The notes beneath the pieces are model-generated. The model had not been told where the DNA came from and ran no database searches. It was given only the letters and a program-made list of their open reading frames with translations. Source: Candidatus Margulisiibacteriota bacterium (GTDB lineage: Bacteria; Margulisbacteria; WOR-1; XYC2-FULL-46-14). From it: a stretch of 53,687 nucleotides of DNA. The stretch spans positions 1-53,687 of the forward strand of contig JBHPMS010000003.1 in the NCBI GenBank assembly GCA_042563095.1, read 5' to 3'. A program made the translations under genes and the position numbers. Of this stretch, positions 1 to 9,190 are shown piece after piece. Every line of letters begins with the position of its first letter. Position 1 is the first letter of the stretch.

Positions 1-894
1 TTGAAGAAAATTCTCTATTGATTTTATTTCTCTTAATTTTAAATCTCCAGATTGCTTTAAGAATGATACTACTCCATACTTTTCTCCCCTTGGTGCTATT
101 AATGGAACCATTAGATAGGGGCGATTGGGAAGTGCAGCTAAGGCCTTTGCTGTGACTTTTACAACTAGGGGTGCTTTTGAAAGGGAGGTATCCATAAAAT
201 TAAGTATTATTTCAAACAGACGGTCTTTTGACATCTGTTGATTTATATAGGTTTCCCCAGAAAGATATGTTTGTACATAAAAATTTGGACTGTCTTCTGA
301 TATAAGTATTGGGTATTGACCAAGCTTTTTATGTAAAGCTTTTTCGAGGGTATTGACTATATCTCTTTCTTCTAACCAAATTTCGGTTGGGTAAAAATAT
401 TCTTTTCCGTCGTTTTCTTGCTGTGAAAATCCGATAGTTGGATTAGAACCGCCAAACTCAAAATGAAGGATTTGAACAATTGTTTCTGCTACTTCTTGCT
501 TGGTATTGCACAAAGCTATGGCAGTGTTTATTCTTTTTTGGCGATCAATTAATTCGGTCTCTCTGGGGAAATCTATAAACTGCTTTATCTTAGCCAGGAT
601 CATCTCATCGCTGGCAACCAGACTTACATTTTCTAAATAAGCTTTAACATCAAAACTTCTTTCAACCGAGCGAATAGATTCGAACATTATATCAAAAGTC
701 CTTTCTAGTTGTTCAATTCTAGATGGATTATAAAATCCTTGTTCTTGCAATGTTCTGGTTGTAGATTCGGTGAGATTGGTCTTAATCAGATCGAATTTGA
801 ATCCGAATTCTTTTAATCTTCTAGCTTTTCTGTTTATCCTTCTGATTGCACCTTGCATCTTTGCAAAGTTGGTTATTTTAGCTCTACTGATCAT
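1..894 (-). CDS. Partial CDS running off the window edge; probable GAF-domain signalling protein
   Basis: Not in the ORF track. Hand translation from ATG at 894 (MISRAKITNF...) is open to base 1. The end, PYLMVPLIAPRGEKYGVVSFLKQSGDLKLREIKSIENFLQ, has the strand-strand-helix pattern that ends GAF domains. Confidence 0.55.
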   Translation of the reverse strand, partial: MISRAKITNFAKMQGAIRRINRKARRLKEFGFKFDLIKTNLTESTTRTLQEQGFYNPSRIEQLERTFDIMFESIRSVERSFDVKAYLENVSLVASDEMILAKIKQFIDFPRETELIDRQKRINTAIALCNTKQEVAETIVQILHFEFGGSNPTIGFSQQENDGKEYFYPTEIWLEERDIVNTLEKALHKKLGQYPILISEDSPNFYVQTYLSGETYINQQMSKDRLFEIILNFMDTSLSKAPLVVKVTAKALAALPNRPYLMVPLIAPRGEKYGVVSFLKQSGDLKLREIKSIENFLQ

Positions 895-961
895 GTATTA
901 TTTTCGTGTTTGAAAACAAGAAATTTCACACGATTTTCGAGGCTAATTGATTTAGTGTTTT

Positions 962-2197
962 TTAGCTAGATTTTCGAAGCAGGATACAGGCATTTTTGCC
1001 GCCGAAACCGTAGGAGCAGGTCAGGGTGGTGTTGATATTCTTTTCTATTTTTTTGTTAGGTACATAAAAGAGGTCGCATTCTGGATCGGGTTCTTCATAA
1101 TTGGCGGTGGGGGGAACGATGCCGTGTTTTAGGGCTAAAGCACAAACCGCCAGCTCAACCGCCCCGGCGGCTCCCAGCAGATGCCCGGTAACCGGTTTGG
1201 TAGAACTGATCAGAGTGTTGTATGCATGCTTATTAAAGCTTTTTTTGATCGCCATTGTTTCGGTTTTGTCGTTCAGAATTGTTCCGGTGCCGTGGGCATT
1301 AATATAATCAACTGCAGTCGGATCAATTTTTGCTTTCTTCAGCGCCAGATCAATTGCTCTGGCGATCTGTTCACCACTATTCTCCGGAGCACTCATATGG
1401 TAAGCATCACAGGTTGTCCCGTCACCGATAATTTCGGCATAAATATTGGCTTTGCGGTTTTTTGCGCGATTATATTCTTCCAGAATAAAAAAAGCGCTCC
1501 CTTCTCCAATCACAAAACCATCCCGGTTCTTATCAAATGGTTTGCAGGCACGGTTAGGAGTACTGTTATTCATCGACATCGCTTTAAGGCTGCTCCAGGC
1601 ACCAAAAATGAGGGGGTGCAAGGGGGCTTCGGTCCCCCCCACAATCAGGAGGTCGTTTTCGTCTGCAGCAATAGACTTGCTGGCCAGGATCACCGCGATA
1701 TTGGTAGAAGCGCAACCGGCAGAAACGGTAAAGGAATTACCTTTTAGACCGTGCTCGAGTGCAATCTGCCCGGACGAGGCTCCCGGGAATCCGTAGACCG
1801 GGACCAGGCCATTAATCTTTTTATTCCCCTGTAATAACTTTGCATGCTGATTAAGGGCCCAGGCGGCGCCACCCAGGGAGGTTCCATCATAGATCCCGAT
1901 CCTCTCTTTGTCTTCCTTTTCTAGATCTAACCTGGCATCTTTGATTGCATCATAACTGGCAGCAACTGCAAATTGGGTGGCCAGGTCTAGCCTTCGTGCG
2001 GTTTTTTTATCTATGTATTTGGTTGGATCGAAGTTTTTGACTTCGGCGGCTAATTTTGAGTTAAAGTGTTCGGTATTGAACCTTTTGGTATGAGCCATGT
2101 CGGATTTCCCCTCAATAATGGTTTCCCAAAAACTTTCTTTTGTTAAACCATTAGGGGCGATCACGCCGATCCCGGTTATTACAACTCTTCTTTTCAT
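962..2197 (-). CDS. fabF: Beta-ketoacyl-ACP synthase II (KAS II)
   Basis: RRVVITGIG start; catalytic Cys (SAGCAS), His (NAHGTGT) and His (TGHLLGAAG); PFDKNRDGFVIGEG; GFGGKN end. No acpP alongside, so it may be a paralogue. Confidence 0.9.
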   Translation of the reverse strand: MKRRVVITGIGVIAPNGLTKESFWETIIEGKSDMAHTKRFNTEHFNSKLAAEVKNFDPTKYIDKKTARRLDLATQFAVAASYDAIKDARLDLEKEDKERIGIYDGTSLGGAAWALNQHAKLLQGNKKINGLVPVYGFPGASSGQIALEHGLKGNSFTVSAGCASTNIAVILASKSIAADENDLLIVGGTEAPLHPLIFGAWSSLKAMSMNNSTPNRACKPFDKNRDGFVIGEGSAFFILEEYNRAKNRKANIYAEIIGDGTTCDAYHMSAPENSGEQIARAIDLALKKAKIDPTAVDYINAHGTGTILNDKTETMAIKKSFNKHAYNTLISSTKPVTGHLLGAAGAVELAVCALALKHGIVPPTANYEEPDPECDLFYVPNKKIEKNINTTLTCSYGFGGKNACILLRKSS

Positions 2198-2310
2198 CTC
2201 TATAATGTATTTAGAAAATCACCTTAATAGTGCTTAAATTATTGCATGGATATAAAGAGATTACAAGTAAACAAAAAAAGTATTTGCAGCATACCTGCCT
2301 GGCGAATAAT

Positions 2311-3212
2311 TCCTACTTTGGTACCATCTTTATCTCAAAAGTTATCTCCGGCGGGGTGGTATCGACCCAAAACGGCCACTCTCCGCGGGAAGCACCAACT
2401 TCGCTTTTTGCCTCAACCACGATCTTGTACTGCCCGTCTTTAAGCGGTACCGGAGATTGGTAAGAGAAATTGACCTCGGTCCGGTAGTCATTAACCTTTA
2501 CGTTTTGCTGTGTAAAATTTGGATCGCTTAAAAGATCGGTCAGCAGTTCATCATTCAAATATAGCTTTGCCGAAGTAATGGCAGGAATCCCTTCGCCTAT
2601 TGTTGTGTTTTCTGTATAAACAGACTTGATAAAAGAACCTCCCACAATAGGTTGCGGATTGTTGGTGTAGGTGTTTGGCTTTGGAGTCATATTTGAGATA
2701 AGCATAGGGATGGTGTTGAGGACAAATTTGCAGAGCTGATGAGATTTAACTCCCACCGCATTAGTTGCCCTGATCGCAAGAGTATTTTGTCCTTCGGCAA
2801 AGGGTAAATTTTCTAACACAAATTCGCCGGTAACCGGATGGACATTTTTAATATTTTTCCAGGCGGCGTGGTTGAACGAATACTGGAACTGCTTCATAAG
2901 TTTAGGGATTAGATAATTCAATTTCCCCTCAATCCTTTTCGGTGGTTTGGTGACCAGTATCTCTGTAATATACTTTCTATCACCATCGATCGTGATTGGG
3001 ATTGCCATATTTTGATTGCCGTAATAAACCCGTTTTTCGTTGATCGATTTGATCTTTAATGATTGGTAGCCGGATGGGGGAGTGCGAGGGGTAGTGATGG
3101 ACATTGCCGTAACTTCTCCGGAAGCAGATGACGATGAAGCTGTTGCTTCTTCTTCTTTAGTGGTTTGTATATCCTGGACGGTGAAGATGGCGGGGGTGTC
3201 GAGGATGGCGGT
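2311..3212. repeat. 902-bp direct repeat, copy 1 (3' part of paralogue A)
   Basis: Aligns without gaps to 6674-7575 (offset 4363) with about 15 mismatches by manual comparison. Confidence 0.95.
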
Positions 3213-5033
3213 TCTGATGAGGTTTTGTTCCTCTAAAATCCTATTGTGAGCATCTAGATTTGTGCGAATTTGATCCAAATGAGTATATACATTATTTACA
3301 AGACTTAATGAAGCTGGAATTCTCATCCACCAATAATTTTCCCAGGCGGTCCAATAAGGTATTCCTGATAAGGTTGAAATATATGCAGCAGTCGCTATTG
3401 CAGTTTCTGTTGCAGCCACCTCTAAAGCAAATTGATTTGAAAGATAGTTTTCAAAACTGTCTGATTTAAATTCTTTTAAATAAGTTGGAACATTTTTTAG
3501 GTGTGCAACTCCTTCCCCGCGGGCACTTGATCCGGGAACAACAAAATCACCATCAAGCGTAAAATATCCGCCACCAAAAAAATATTCAGCTATATCAAGC
3601 TTATCCATGGTTCTTGCCATTGAAAGGCTCAAAAACTTACTCTGCCAGTTTGGCAGAGCCCAAAAACCAGGGTGAAACAATGTCGACTCTTGAAAATTTA
3701 AGCTGAAATAAGTATCAATTGCATTGTTCATGAAGTCAATTACTGGTGAGTCAATAAAAGGTGATGAGGATGCATCGCCAGGCCAATCGGGATTGGGAAT
3801 TGAAACAGACAGCGGACCAGACTTAAAAGATTCTGAAAAGAATTCTATAAAACTATTTGCTTCTCTGTGATTAAACATCCATTTGAGACCAGATAAGAAA
3901 GCAGTTGAAGTAGGATCGTAGGTTGGAATTCCATTTGCATAAACAATACTATATGCAGGTTCGCTGGTTGCATCTGTGAGCTTTGCATCTTTTAACGCCC
4001 AACCAAGGCGAGGCCCATTCAGTGCAGACAGAAATAATCCGCTTACTGGTAGAAATTTGATGCTATCTAAATTTCCGGAACTAAAATAGCTAGCTAATGA
4101 TAAAATAGGAGCATTTGATGGAAAAAGTTCTGTTACACTTGGATCAAATGGAACTGTGACTCTTGATCCATTTGGAGATATACCATACAAGCTTTTTATA
4201 AACCATCCGCCTAATGCACCTGCACCACTAAAAGTTGCTGCAGAGTAGTATGGCGACCATGGATTTGTTGGATTTCCCTTGAGTACTTTATACATTTCCT
4301 GTAAATCAAATACATCCATAATTTGTTTGATAGTTACAGGCGGATCTCCCTTTGCAAATATCCATTTATCAGTTTTTGTACCAAAATAAGGAAAATAATC
4401 AAACCATGCCTGCCAGTATAGAAAAGCTGTGCCAGTTCCAGTAAACGGAGCTGCTATAAAAACAACTTTATCAATGTCATTCTGATAGAATCCATCTTCC
4501 TTCTTATGGCTTTTACCTCCGCCTAACGGAGTAACATCAATAACATTGGAATAAATATATGATCTTACAGAAAAATTTCCTGCGCTGTGAGATAAAATAA
4601 TATATCTACTTGGAACTTCTGATTCTGTTGGTGTTTTGCCATATTTACTTTTGAACCATTTTTTGTAATCAATTTTAGCTTGTTCAAGCCAACATAATCC
4701 ATTTGTTTCAGTTGATGGATTTTTGTAGTTTCTACTGCCCAATTCTTTAGCTTTTGTTAGATAATCCCCACTTGGGCTGCTGTATGAATATGTGTATACT
4801 TTGCCTTCAAGTCCTAATCCGCCATTTGAGATAGGTTTTTCTAGATAGTATTTTAAACTCTTATATCCGCCCTCACCTGTAAAAATGGTTTTATCAGCAT
4901 TCCAACCATGAACAAGGATAAATAAATAATCCTGATAAGTATCTGTGCCTTCAATTACTCCAGCTTGTATAATATTCAAGCTTAGAGTGAAAGTCAGAAT
5001 AGTTATTAATAAAATAATTTTTATTACATCCAT
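2313..5033 (-). CDS. Exported alpha/beta-hydrolase (PGAP1/LCAT lipase-like) with conserved Ig-like C-terminal region, paralogue A (906 aa)
   Basis: Signal peptide; oxyanion LVHGW; nucleophile elbow ILSHSAG; FIAAPFTG; putative Asp DGDFVVP and His LDAHNR; ends WVDTTPPEITF (Ig-like). Confidence 0.7.
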   Translation of the reverse strand: MDVIKIILLITILTFTLSLNIIQAGVIEGTDTYQDYLFILVHGWNADKTIFTGEGGYKSLKYYLEKPISNGGLGLEGKVYTYSYSSPSGDYLTKAKELGSRNYKNPSTETNGLCWLEQAKIDYKKWFKSKYGKTPTESEVPSRYIILSHSAGNFSVRSYIYSNVIDVTPLGGGKSHKKEDGFYQNDIDKVVFIAAPFTGTGTAFLYWQAWFDYFPYFGTKTDKWIFAKGDPPVTIKQIMDVFDLQEMYKVLKGNPTNPWSPYYSAATFSGAGALGGWFIKSLYGISPNGSRVTVPFDPSVTELFPSNAPILSLASYFSSGNLDSIKFLPVSGLFLSALNGPRLGWALKDAKLTDATSEPAYSIVYANGIPTYDPTSTAFLSGLKWMFNHREANSFIEFFSESFKSGPLSVSIPNPDWPGDASSSPFIDSPVIDFMNNAIDTYFSLNFQESTLFHPGFWALPNWQSKFLSLSMARTMDKLDIAEYFFGGGYFTLDGDFVVPGSSARGEGVAHLKNVPTYLKEFKSDSFENYLSNQFALEVAATETAIATAAYISTLSGIPYWTAWENYWWMRIPASLSLVNNVYTHLDQIRTNLDAHNRILEEQNLIRTAILDTPAIFTVQDIQTTKEEEATASSSSASGEVTAMSITTPRTPPSGYQSLKIKSINEKRVYYGNQNMAIPITIDGDRKYITEILVTKPPKRIEGKLNYLIPKLMKQFQYSFNHAAWKNIKNVHPVTGEFVLENLPFAEGQNTLAIRATNAVGVKSHQLCKFVLNTIPMLISNMTPKPNTYTNNPQPIVGGSFIKSVYTENTTIGEGIPAITSAKLYLNDELLTDLLSDPNFTQQNVKVNDYRTEVNFSYQSPVPLKDGQYKIVVEAKSEVGASRGEWPFWVDTTPPEITFEIKMVPK

Positions 5034-5043
5034 AATAAGTTTT

Positions 5044-5676
5044 TTAGGCAGATTTTAAGAACCAAGCAAATACTGCCATGAACAATATATAACCTAAAGC
5101 TCCCCTTATAATATTTTGAACAAATTTAGCACCATTATTTTTTTCTGCTATTATTGATTTGTAATGCACGGGAAGAATTAACTCAGCATGGGCAATATTC
5201 GAATCTCTTTTGTCGGTGACTTCTAGGTTATATTCAACAGTTCCAAAAAAATTATTTGGATAATTAACATTTATAATAATCTTATTATTACCAGGTAAAG
5301 TTGAAGAAGTCATTTTATAGTTGTAAGCACCTTTTGTGTCCGGAAATGGGTTTGGGTTTATACTTATAAAGCCATTTGGCACATCAATTTTTAATATGTC
5401 CTTACCAAACTTTATATTTTCGTTTTCCATAATATAAACAGATAAGTTGAATTCTTCGTTTGGCCCGACTTTTTTGGGGGTATTAACCCTAAGCGTAACG
5501 TCCGGGATATTAATTTCTTGAGAGGCACTTGACATTTTTGATAATGGTATTTTTAAATTCTCGTTTTTTCTATCAATAGTTGCCGACATTGCAAGATCGA
5601 TCATGCAAATTGTTGTAAAAAGCGATGTGACCAATAATATGGATATGTATCTTATTGCACTAATAGGCTTTTTCAT
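5044..5676 (-). CDS. Hypothetical exported protein with an Ig-like core and C-terminal transmembrane anchor
   Basis: Hydrophobic N-terminus, beta-rich middle (PKKVGPNEEFNLSVYI), C-terminal hydrophobic helix; GGAGG RBS; 10 bp upstream of paralogue A. Confidence 0.7.
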   Translation of the reverse strand: MKKPISAIRYISILLVTSLFTTICMIDLAMSATIDRKNENLKIPLSKMSSASQEINIPDVTLRVNTPKKVGPNEEFNLSVYIMENENIKFGKDILKIDVPNGFISINPNPFPDTKGAYNYKMTSSTLPGNNKIIINVNYPNNFFGTVEYNLEVTDKRDSNIAHAELILPVHYKSIIAEKNNGAKFVQNIIRGALGYILFMAVFAWFLKSA

Positions 5677-5778
5677 AAAATCCTCCTTCTAAATTATTAT
5701 CGACATGTTTTGGCATGCGTTTCACCTCTATTTATTTCTGCTCTCGGTTTTTATTTTTTCTTTATAATTCTGTATTGC

Positions 5779-5839
5779 CCCATCCGTTTACCTCATTCTA
5801 TCCGATCCTGCCCGGTTTGGGTAGTGGGGCGGGATTGGT
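5779..5839. repeat. 61-bp cassette head repeat, copy 1
   Basis: 59/61 identical to 10425-10485; ends on the minus strand in GAGGT-N6-ATGGG (RBS plus start codon). Confidence 0.9.
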
Positions 5840-5848
5840 AAATTTACT

Positions 5849-5862
5849 GCCTGCCGGCAGGC
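5849..5862. repeat. Perfect 14-bp palindrome GCCTGCCGGCAGGC (REP-like)
   Basis: Read directly; lies between the 61-bp head and the HEPN promoter. Confidence 0.7.
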
Positions 5863-5873
5863 CATGATTTTCC

Positions 5874-5902
5874 TTGTAGGGAAGAGATATATAAAGTATA
5901 AT
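5874..5902 (+). promoter_or_regulatory. Sigma70-type promoter of the HEPN-MNT pair
   Basis: TTGTAG-17 bp-TATAAT; ATG 10 nt downstream with no SD. Confidence 0.65.
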
Positions 5903-5912
5903 TTATATCATA

Positions 5913-6317
5913 ATGACAAAACATCCTGAGCTTGTGTTTAAACATTGGCTTGCACAATCAAATGAAGACCTGAAATCAGCAGAGGCTCTTTTTATTGCCG
6001 GACGCTATACCTGGTGTGCATTTATTTGTCAGCAAACAATAGAAAAAGTATTAAAAGCAGCTTATGTGAAAATATATAAAAAAATTCCTCCGCACATACA
6101 TAAACTAGAAAGGTTGTGCCAACTTCTAGAAATTGTACCTCCTGAAGAATTATTGGCTGCTTTGATTGAGATTGATAAATATTACATTGCAAGCCGGTAT
6201 CCTTCCTATATAAAAAAACTTAATATAAACAATCGAAACAACGCGAAAAGTTTATTAAATGACACAAAGGGGATACAGAAATGGATTATAAAGATCCAAA
6301 AGTTAGAAAAAAGATAA
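5913..6317 (+). CDS. HEPN domain protein (TA component)
   Basis: WLAQSNEDLKSAEAL...AFICQQTIEKVLKA...HIHKLERL...YIASRYP; overlaps an MNT gene. Confidence 0.85.
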   Translation: MTKHPELVFKHWLAQSNEDLKSAEALFIAGRYTWCAFICQQTIEKVLKAAYVKIYKKIPPHIHKLERLCQLLEIVPPEELLAALIEIDKYYIASRYPSYIKKLNINNRNNAKSLLNDTKGIQKWIIKIQKLEKR

Positions 6318-6622
6318 AATGTTTTCTGGATGAGTTTAAAAAAGTAGCTCCGATGGAAAGGGCAATTGTTTTTGGATCCTATGCCCGGGGCAGGGCAAAA
6401 AAATGGTCTGATATAGACCTGGCAATTGTTTCTAAAAGATTTGAAGGTATTAGCAGATTTAGGCGCCTGGTTCTACTTGGCAAATTGGCGTGGAAAGCAA
6501 AATCTACAGAAATTGAGGCAATTGGTTTTACTCCAAAGGAATATAAAACTGTTAATAAATATGATCTACTCCATGAAATAAAAGAAAATGGAATTACAAT
6601 TTATAAAAACGGTAGATCTTAA
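6281..6622 (+). CDS. Minimal nucleotidyltransferase (MNT)
   Basis: FGSYARG...SDIDLAIVS (GS-x10-DxD motif). Confidence 0.85.
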   Translation: MDYKDPKVRKKIKCFLDEFKKVAPMERAIVFGSYARGRAKKWSDIDLAIVSKRFEGISRFRRLVLLGKLAWKAKSTEIEAIGFTPKEYKTVNKYDLLHEIKENGITIYKNGRS

Positions 6623-6673
6623 AATATTAATCTGTTTTTCCCAAATTGATACTAACCCTGTACTGCATCCAAG

Positions 6674-7575
6674 TCCTACTTTGGTACCATCTTTATCTCA
6701 AAAGTTATCTCCGGCGGGGTGGTATCGACCCAAAACGGCCACTCTCCGCGGGAAGCGCCAACTTCGCTTTTAGCTTCCACCACAATCTTGTACTGCCCGT
6801 CTTTGAGAGGTTCAGGGGGATTATAAGAGAAATTGACCTCGGTCCGGTAGTCATTAACCTTTACGTTTTGCTGTGTAAAATTTGGATCGCTTAAAAGATC
6901 GGTCAGCAGTTCATCATTCAAATATAGCTTTGCCGAAGTAATGGCAGGAATCCCTTCGCCTATTGTTGTGTTTTCTGTATAAACAGACTTGATAAAAGAA
7001 CCTCCCACAATAGGTTGCGGATTGTTGGTGTAGGTGTTTGGCTTTGGAGTCATATTTGAGATAAGCATAGGGATGGTGTTGAGGACAAATTTGCAGAGCT
7101 GATGAGATTTAACTCCCACCGCATTAGTTGCCCTGATCGCAAGAGTATTTTGTCCTTCGGCAAAGGGTAAATTTTCTAACACAAATTCGCCGGTAACCGG
7201 ATGGACATTTTTAATATTTTTCCAGGCGGCGTGGTTGAACGAATACTGGAACTGCTTCATAAGTTTAGGGATTAGATAATTCAATTTCCCCTCAATCCTT
7301 TTCGGTGGTTTGGTGACCAGTATCTCTGTAATATACTTTCTATCACCATCGATCGTGATTGGGATTGCCATATTTTGATTGCCGTAATAAACCCGTTTTT
7401 CGTTGATCGATTTGATCTTTAATGATTGGTAGCCGGATGGGGGAGTGCGAGGGGTAGTGATGGACAATGCCGTAACTTCTCCGGAAGCAGATGACGATGA
7501 AGCTGTTGCTTCTTCTTCTTTAGTGGTTTGTATATCCTGGACGGTGAAGATGGCGGGGGTGTCGAGGATGGCGGT
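6674..7575. repeat. 902-bp direct repeat, copy 2 (3' part of paralogue B)
   Basis: Matches 2311-3212. Confidence 0.95.
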
Positions 7576-9168
7576 ACGGATAAGGTCATACTGTCCAACC
7601 ATACGGCCATGAGCTTCAAGATCCCATCTGATATCATCAATATTTGAATGTACTTGAACAACAATCCCAACAGAAACGGGGATTCTCATAGGCCAAAGAC
7701 TTTGCCATGCGACATTATATGGAGTGCCACTCATTGCCATTATTGCTGCGGTTGCCGCAATTGCTGTTTCTGTGGCTGTTATTTCCATTGGCAATTGATT
7801 GCTCAAATAATTCTCAAATCTATCAGTTTTAAATGTGTGGGTATAACGATTTGCTTTTCTTAAATGTTCAACTGTATCTCCTCTTGCACTATATTCAGGA
7901 ACCAGAGCATCACCATCATTTATGAAGAAACCGAAATTAATTAAACTTGCCTGCGTAAAACTTAATAGTCTCGCCTGACTTGTTGAAAGATTACCGAGGA
8001 GGGGTAAAGATAATATCCCATAATTCAATTGTATTCCTTTCATAAATAAATTGTCATACACATCTCCTTTAGAAAAATAATCATATCCTCTAGAAGCACA
8101 TTGTTCAGCATAATCTTCATAATTTGCAATTTTATCGTTAATGCATTTAATTCCGGTCATTGCTAAAGTTGATTCCCAATCAAAAACTGGTATTCCTTTG
8201 CCATAAACAATACTATAAGCCGGTTCTTTCGTCACATCATTTAGTTTTGCAGTTCTTAGTGTTTCTACTATTGGGCTATTAGGCCACATATCGATTAAAC
8301 CACTCAACCACGGCTTAAGAGAATTATAGCCAAAACCATTTTTGATAACCTGATCACTATAAATGTCAACTCCAGCAATTAGCACAGCTGCATAATATGC
8401 ATGAAATGGATTATACTCACGATTCATTAGAATACTAATGATTTCATCCCAGTCCCACTCATAATGGAAATCAGTTATTTCAAATTCACCGTTTGATCCT
8501 TTCCTGATATTTCCCTTGGCGCCATTAAAAAGACCCTGATATCCTTTCCGGGCAGCTCTTGCCCAAAATCCGGCCATTGCAATTGTGCTGTCACTTCCTA
8601 ATAATGGTGGGGCGATGAATACAACTTTTTCCACGTCATTTTGGTAGAAACCATTCGCATTGCCGAATACAGAATCTGAATATATGTAACTTCTTACCGC
8701 AAAATTACCCATTGAATGACTTATTAAAATATATTTTGTGGGAACATTTTTGTTTTTATTTTCTGGATATTTACTGAAGTCCTGAAAATCTTCCCTTGCT
8801 CTTTCTAACCAGGATATAAAATTAGGTGTTGGTTGGTAACTTCTATCCCCCAGTTCTCTGGCATCTTGTTTATTAATACTTTTATACTGGCCATTTTCAA
8901 TGGCTGTTTTACCTGCAGTGTCTGTAAATGTGTATGCAAATACTCTTCCATGTAAATCTAAATTGTCTTCGAGGTATTTTTTTAAATTTCCATAAAGAGT
9001 TTTGCCTTCAAAGATATCTGCACTGCTATTAATTCCATGCACAAGCACAAAGAGATAATCTTTGAATGTTTTTGTTCCCTCATTTTGAAAAGCAAAGGCT
9101 TTGTTTGAAGAGAATAAAAACATTGCAAATAATACAATAAGTAATAAATTAAATAGTATCTTCTTCAT
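6676..9168 (-). CDS. Exported alpha/beta-hydrolase (PGAP1/LCAT lipase-like), paralogue B (830 aa)
   Basis: Signal peptide; LVHGINS; ISHSMG; FIAPPLLG; DGDALVP; LEAHGR. C-terminal ~300 aa nearly identical to paralogue A. Confidence 0.7.
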   Translation of the reverse strand: MKKILFNLLLIVLFAMFLFSSNKAFAFQNEGTKTFKDYLFVLVHGINSSADIFEGKTLYGNLKKYLEDNLDLHGRVFAYTFTDTAGKTAIENGQYKSINKQDARELGDRSYQPTPNFISWLERAREDFQDFSKYPENKNKNVPTKYILISHSMGNFAVRSYIYSDSVFGNANGFYQNDVEKVVFIAPPLLGSDSTIAMAGFWARAARKGYQGLFNGAKGNIRKGSNGEFEITDFHYEWDWDEIISILMNREYNPFHAYYAAVLIAGVDIYSDQVIKNGFGYNSLKPWLSGLIDMWPNSPIVETLRTAKLNDVTKEPAYSIVYGKGIPVFDWESTLAMTGIKCINDKIANYEDYAEQCASRGYDYFSKGDVYDNLFMKGIQLNYGILSLPLLGNLSTSQARLLSFTQASLINFGFFINDGDALVPEYSARGDTVEHLRKANRYTHTFKTDRFENYLSNQLPMEITATETAIAATAAIMAMSGTPYNVAWQSLWPMRIPVSVGIVVQVHSNIDDIRWDLEAHGRMVGQYDLIRTAILDTPAIFTVQDIQTTKEEEATASSSSASGEVTALSITTPRTPPSGYQSLKIKSINEKRVYYGNQNMAIPITIDGDRKYITEILVTKPPKRIEGKLNYLIPKLMKQFQYSFNHAAWKNIKNVHPVTGEFVLENLPFAEGQNTLAIRATNAVGVKSHQLCKFVLNTIPMLISNMTPKPNTYTNNPQPIVGGSFIKSVYTENTTIGEGIPAITSAKLYLNDELLTDLLSDPNFTQQNVKVNDYRTEVNFSYNPPEPLKDGQYKIVVEAKSEVGASRGEWPFWVDTTPPEITFEIKMVPK

Positions 9169-9190
9169 CTTGAATAATTACCCATATTTA

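Noticed and set aside
1101-1796. Plus-strand ORFs opposite fabF (and similar ones such as 13653-14006, 16117-16686, 24543-25121, 30494-30865, 35160-35495)
   Set aside because: Antisense shadows of well-supported genes with no recognisable motifs.
962-5033. Functional coupling of fabF with the lipase-like array as a lipid-modification operon
   Set aside because: They share a strand and are adjacent, but a 115-bp spacer separates them and nothing else (ACP, acyltransferase) supports a pathway.
2311-7575. 902-bp repeat pair as a diversity-generating retroelement TR/VR
   Set aside because: Mismatches are mostly synonymous and not adenine-specific, both copies are in intact ORFs, and no reverse transcriptase is in the window.
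2313-9168. T6SS Tle effectors
   Set aside because: Both proteins have Sec-type signal peptides and no vgrG, PAAR or hcp genes are nearby; the analogy is kept only at the level of enzyme plus immunity.
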